A stretch of 64,000 bases of DNA, from the NCBI GenBank assembly GCA_002774285.1, contig PEYT01000004.1, positions 4,345 through 68,344 of the forward strand, given 5' to 3'. This document shows, one piece after another, positions 62,181 through 64,000 of the stretch; the stretch's first letter is position 1; each line of letters opens with the position of its first letter. The stretch is from a candidate division WWE3 bacterium CG08_land_8_20_14_0_20_40_13 (GTDB lineage: Bacteria > Patescibacteriota > WWE3 > 0-14-0-20-40-13). The translations under genes were made by a program, and so were the position numbers. The notes below the pieces were generated by a model. It was given only the letters and a program-made list of their open reading frames with translations, did no database searches and was not told the DNA's origin.

Positions 62181-62570
62181 ATGATATATAATTTCCTTTC
62201 ACAACTTAAAAATGCGGCACTGGCAAAAAATGGATATTTTGAAGCCCCCTTTTCTACATTCTCAGAAGGTGTTTGCAGGCTTCTTAAAAAAACCGGTTTT
62301 GTTAGCGATTACAAAGTGTTTAAAGAATCTGGCGAAACACGCAAAGGTTTAAGAGTGGATTTGTCTTATGATACCGAAGGAGTCTCCAAGGTGAAAGATA
62401 TAAAAATAATGTCAAGACCGGGTTTAAGAGTTTACTCTAAGGCTAAAAGGATATTTCCCGTTAAGGGAGGGCGGGGGATAGCGATAATATCTACCTCGCA
62501 AGGAATCATGGAGGGCCGCGATGCTAAAAAGAAATCATTAGGTGGTGAGGTTATTGCTTTTGTTTACTAA
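62181..62570 (+). CDS. rpsH: 30S ribosomal protein S8
   Basis: 129 aa, position in operon. Confidence 0.9.
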   Translation: MIYNFLSQLKNAALAKNGYFEAPFSTFSEGVCRLLKKTGFVSDYKVFKESGETRKGLRVDLSYDTEGVSKVKDIKIMSRPGLRVYSKAKRIFPVKGGRGIAIISTSQGIMEGRDAKKKSLGGEVIAFVY

Positions 62571-62578
62571 TCTAATAT

Positions 62579-63130
62579 ATGAGTAAGATTGGAAAGGTTC
62601 CTATTATAATTCCAGAAGGTGTCCAAGTTGAAATTTTTGATGGCGTTGTAACCGCCCATGGTCCGTTAGGACAAGAATCGCGAAAGACTACTGATGAGGT
62701 TGTTGTAACTGTTAAGGAGGATAAGGTTTTCGTGTCCTTAAAAGAGGGAAGCGTAAATAACGCCTTTTGGGGGTTAGAAAGAGCGCTTATTTCTAACATT
62801 GTTATGGGGGTAAAAGAGGGATTTACCAAAAAATTGGAGATGGTTGGAGTGGGGTTTAGGACAAGGGTGGAAGGAAATACTCTGGTTCTTTTGGCGGGGT
62901 ACTCCCATCCCGTAAAGATGGTGATTCCGGATGGTTTAAAGGTTACCGTAACAGACGATACAAAAATACAAGTTACTGGAACAGATAGACAAAAGGTTGG
63001 GCAATTTTCGGCGCTTGTCCGCAAGGTTCGTAAACCTGAGCCTTATAAGGGCAAAGGCATTAAATATTCAGGAGAAGTTGTAAGAAGAAAAGCAGGAAAA
63101 GCCGGAAAGGCTGGCGCTTCGGCTAAGTAA
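62579..63130 (+). CDS. rplF: 50S ribosomal protein L6
   Basis: 183 aa with two L6 repeats. Confidence 0.9.
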   Translation: MSKIGKVPIIIPEGVQVEIFDGVVTAHGPLGQESRKTTDEVVVTVKEDKVFVSLKEGSVNNAFWGLERALISNIVMGVKEGFTKKLEMVGVGFRTRVEGNTLVLLAGYSHPVKMVIPDGLKVTVTDDTKIQVTGTDRQKVGQFSALVRKVRKPEPYKGKGIKYSGEVVRRKAGKAGKAGASAK

Positions 63131-63141
63131 ATCCTTAAAAT

Positions 63142-63489
63142 ATGAAAGTAAAACAAAGATCACAAAAGGATAAACTAAAAACAAAAATCAGAAGCCGTAT
63201 TTCTGGTACCTCCGATGTCCCTAGAATATCGGTCTTTAGATCTAATAGATATGTGCTAATTCAAGCTATTGACGATCAAAAAGGGGTCACCATAGCTTCG
63301 GTTAACGATAGAAAAGGGGTTGAAGCAAAGGGAAAAACAGGAAAAGCGCAACTGGCTGGAAAAATGGTTGCGGAGGAACTTATTAAAAAAGGAGTAAAAA
63401 GGGCGGTTTTTGACCGTAACGGTTTTAAGTACCATGGGAGAGTAAAAGCCGTAGCCGAAGGGGCAAGAAGCGCTGGATTACAAATTTAG
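63142..63489 (+). CDS. rplR: 50S ribosomal protein L18
   Basis: 115 aa, position in operon. Confidence 0.85.
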   Translation: MKVKQRSQKDKLKTKIRSRISGTSDVPRISVFRSNRYVLIQAIDDQKGVTIASVNDRKGVEAKGKTGKAQLAGKMVAEELIKKGVKRAVFDRNGFKYHGRVKAVAEGARSAGLQI

Positions 63490-63504
63490 GTTTAAATTTT
63501 AGAT

Positions 63505-63954
63505 ATGCGAGATTTTGGACAAAAAAACGATTCTTTTGAAGAAAAGATAATTGATATAAAGAGAGTTTCCAAAAAAACTAAAGGGGGAAACAAGATTGCT
63601 TTTGCAGTTTTGACTGTTGTGGGAAATAGAAATGGAAAAATTGGTATTGCCGTTGGTAAGGCTGGGGATACTGCATCGGCTATTGCTAAATCCACAAGCA
63701 GAGCCAGAAAAAAAATGTTTCAAATCCCTTTTAAAGGATTGACGATTCCCTACGAGGTAACAAAAAAATTTGGCGCCTCTGTGGTTTTATTAAAACCTGT
63801 TCCAAAAGGAGCGGGAATTATTGCTGGAGGATCGGTACGGAAGGTAATTTATGTTTCTGGAATAAAAGATATCTCCGCTAAAATTTTAGGATCAAATAAT
63901 AAAATTAATAATGTTTATGCAACGGTTAAAGCATTAAAAAGTTTAAGCGATTAA
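63505..63954 (+). CDS. rpsE: 30S ribosomal protein S5
   Basis: 149 aa, with the S5 dsRBD plus C-terminal domain. Confidence 0.9.
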   Translation: MRDFGQKNDSFEEKIIDIKRVSKKTKGGNKIAFAVLTVVGNRNGKIGIAVGKAGDTASAIAKSTSRARKKMFQIPFKGLTIPYEVTKKFGASVVLLKPVPKGAGIIAGGSVRKVIYVSGIKDISAKILGSNNKINNVYATVKALKSLSD

Positions 63955-63957
63955 AAA

Positions 63958-64000
63958 ATGGATCTTTCTAGCCTTAAAAAAATTAAAAGAAGAAGCGCCA
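63958..64000 (+). CDS. 5' end of the next spc-operon gene (L30 or L15), truncated by the window edge
   Basis: ATG at 63958 gives MDLSSLKKIKRRSA. Identity not resolvable from 14 codons. Confidence 0.3.
   Translation, partial: MDLSSLKKIKRRSA

Overview
This 64-kb window looks like a small, AT-rich, streamlined bacterial genome of the CPR/Patescibacteria type. Inferred from sequence only: strong AGGAGG Shine-Dalgarno sites, a short 16S rRNA unlinked from 23S/5S, reduced ribosomal proteins and many overlapping genes. The right third is the conserved rpoB-rpoC-rpsL-rpsG-[fusA-tuf]-S10-spc ribosomal-protein supercluster (rpsJ through rpsE). A ~5.7-kb accessory island sits between rpsG and fusA. It carries an AbiEi/AbiEii type IV toxin-antitoxin pair, a convergent RelE/ParE-Phd/YefM type II pair, a degraded secreted-protein gene, DUF362, SpoU methyltransferase and membrane protein genes. 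The left two thirds carry housekeeping and envelope genes: GT28 glycosyltransferase, SIMPL, a thiol-disulfide pair, LemA/HtpX, Nth, Lgt, a GldFG-like ABC transporter, a secreted glycoside hydrolase, a DsbA-like protein, an M29 aminopeptidase, an MsbA-like ABC exporter, ComM, SecDF, TlyA, RecJ, NUDIX and DNPH1/NDT-like nucleotide enzymes, MnmA, tRNA-Leu(CAG), 16S rRNA, a LacD-like aldolase, Pgk, cyclophilin and MltG. Things not on the ORF track: (1) an RNase P RNA on the minus strand (18166-18499), hidden under spurious ORFs and under the over-long predicted N-terminus of a membrane glycosyltransferase. (2) Three C8 homopolymer tracts at positions where strand slippage would matter: the frameshift junction of that glycosyltransferase, codons 5-8 of a small unlisted ORF, and upstream of abiEi. 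(3) Two or three families of short perfect palindromic elements inserted in frame into coding genes (two different ones inside mnmA, one in the aldolase, one at the htpX 5' end), reminiscent of Rickettsia-type palindromic elements. (4) A perfect 45-bp tandem duplication with a nested hairpin between rplN and rplX. (5) GC-rich non-coding stretches with extended -10 promoters that may encode further structured RNAs I could not classify. No CRISPR array, transposase or integrase was seen.
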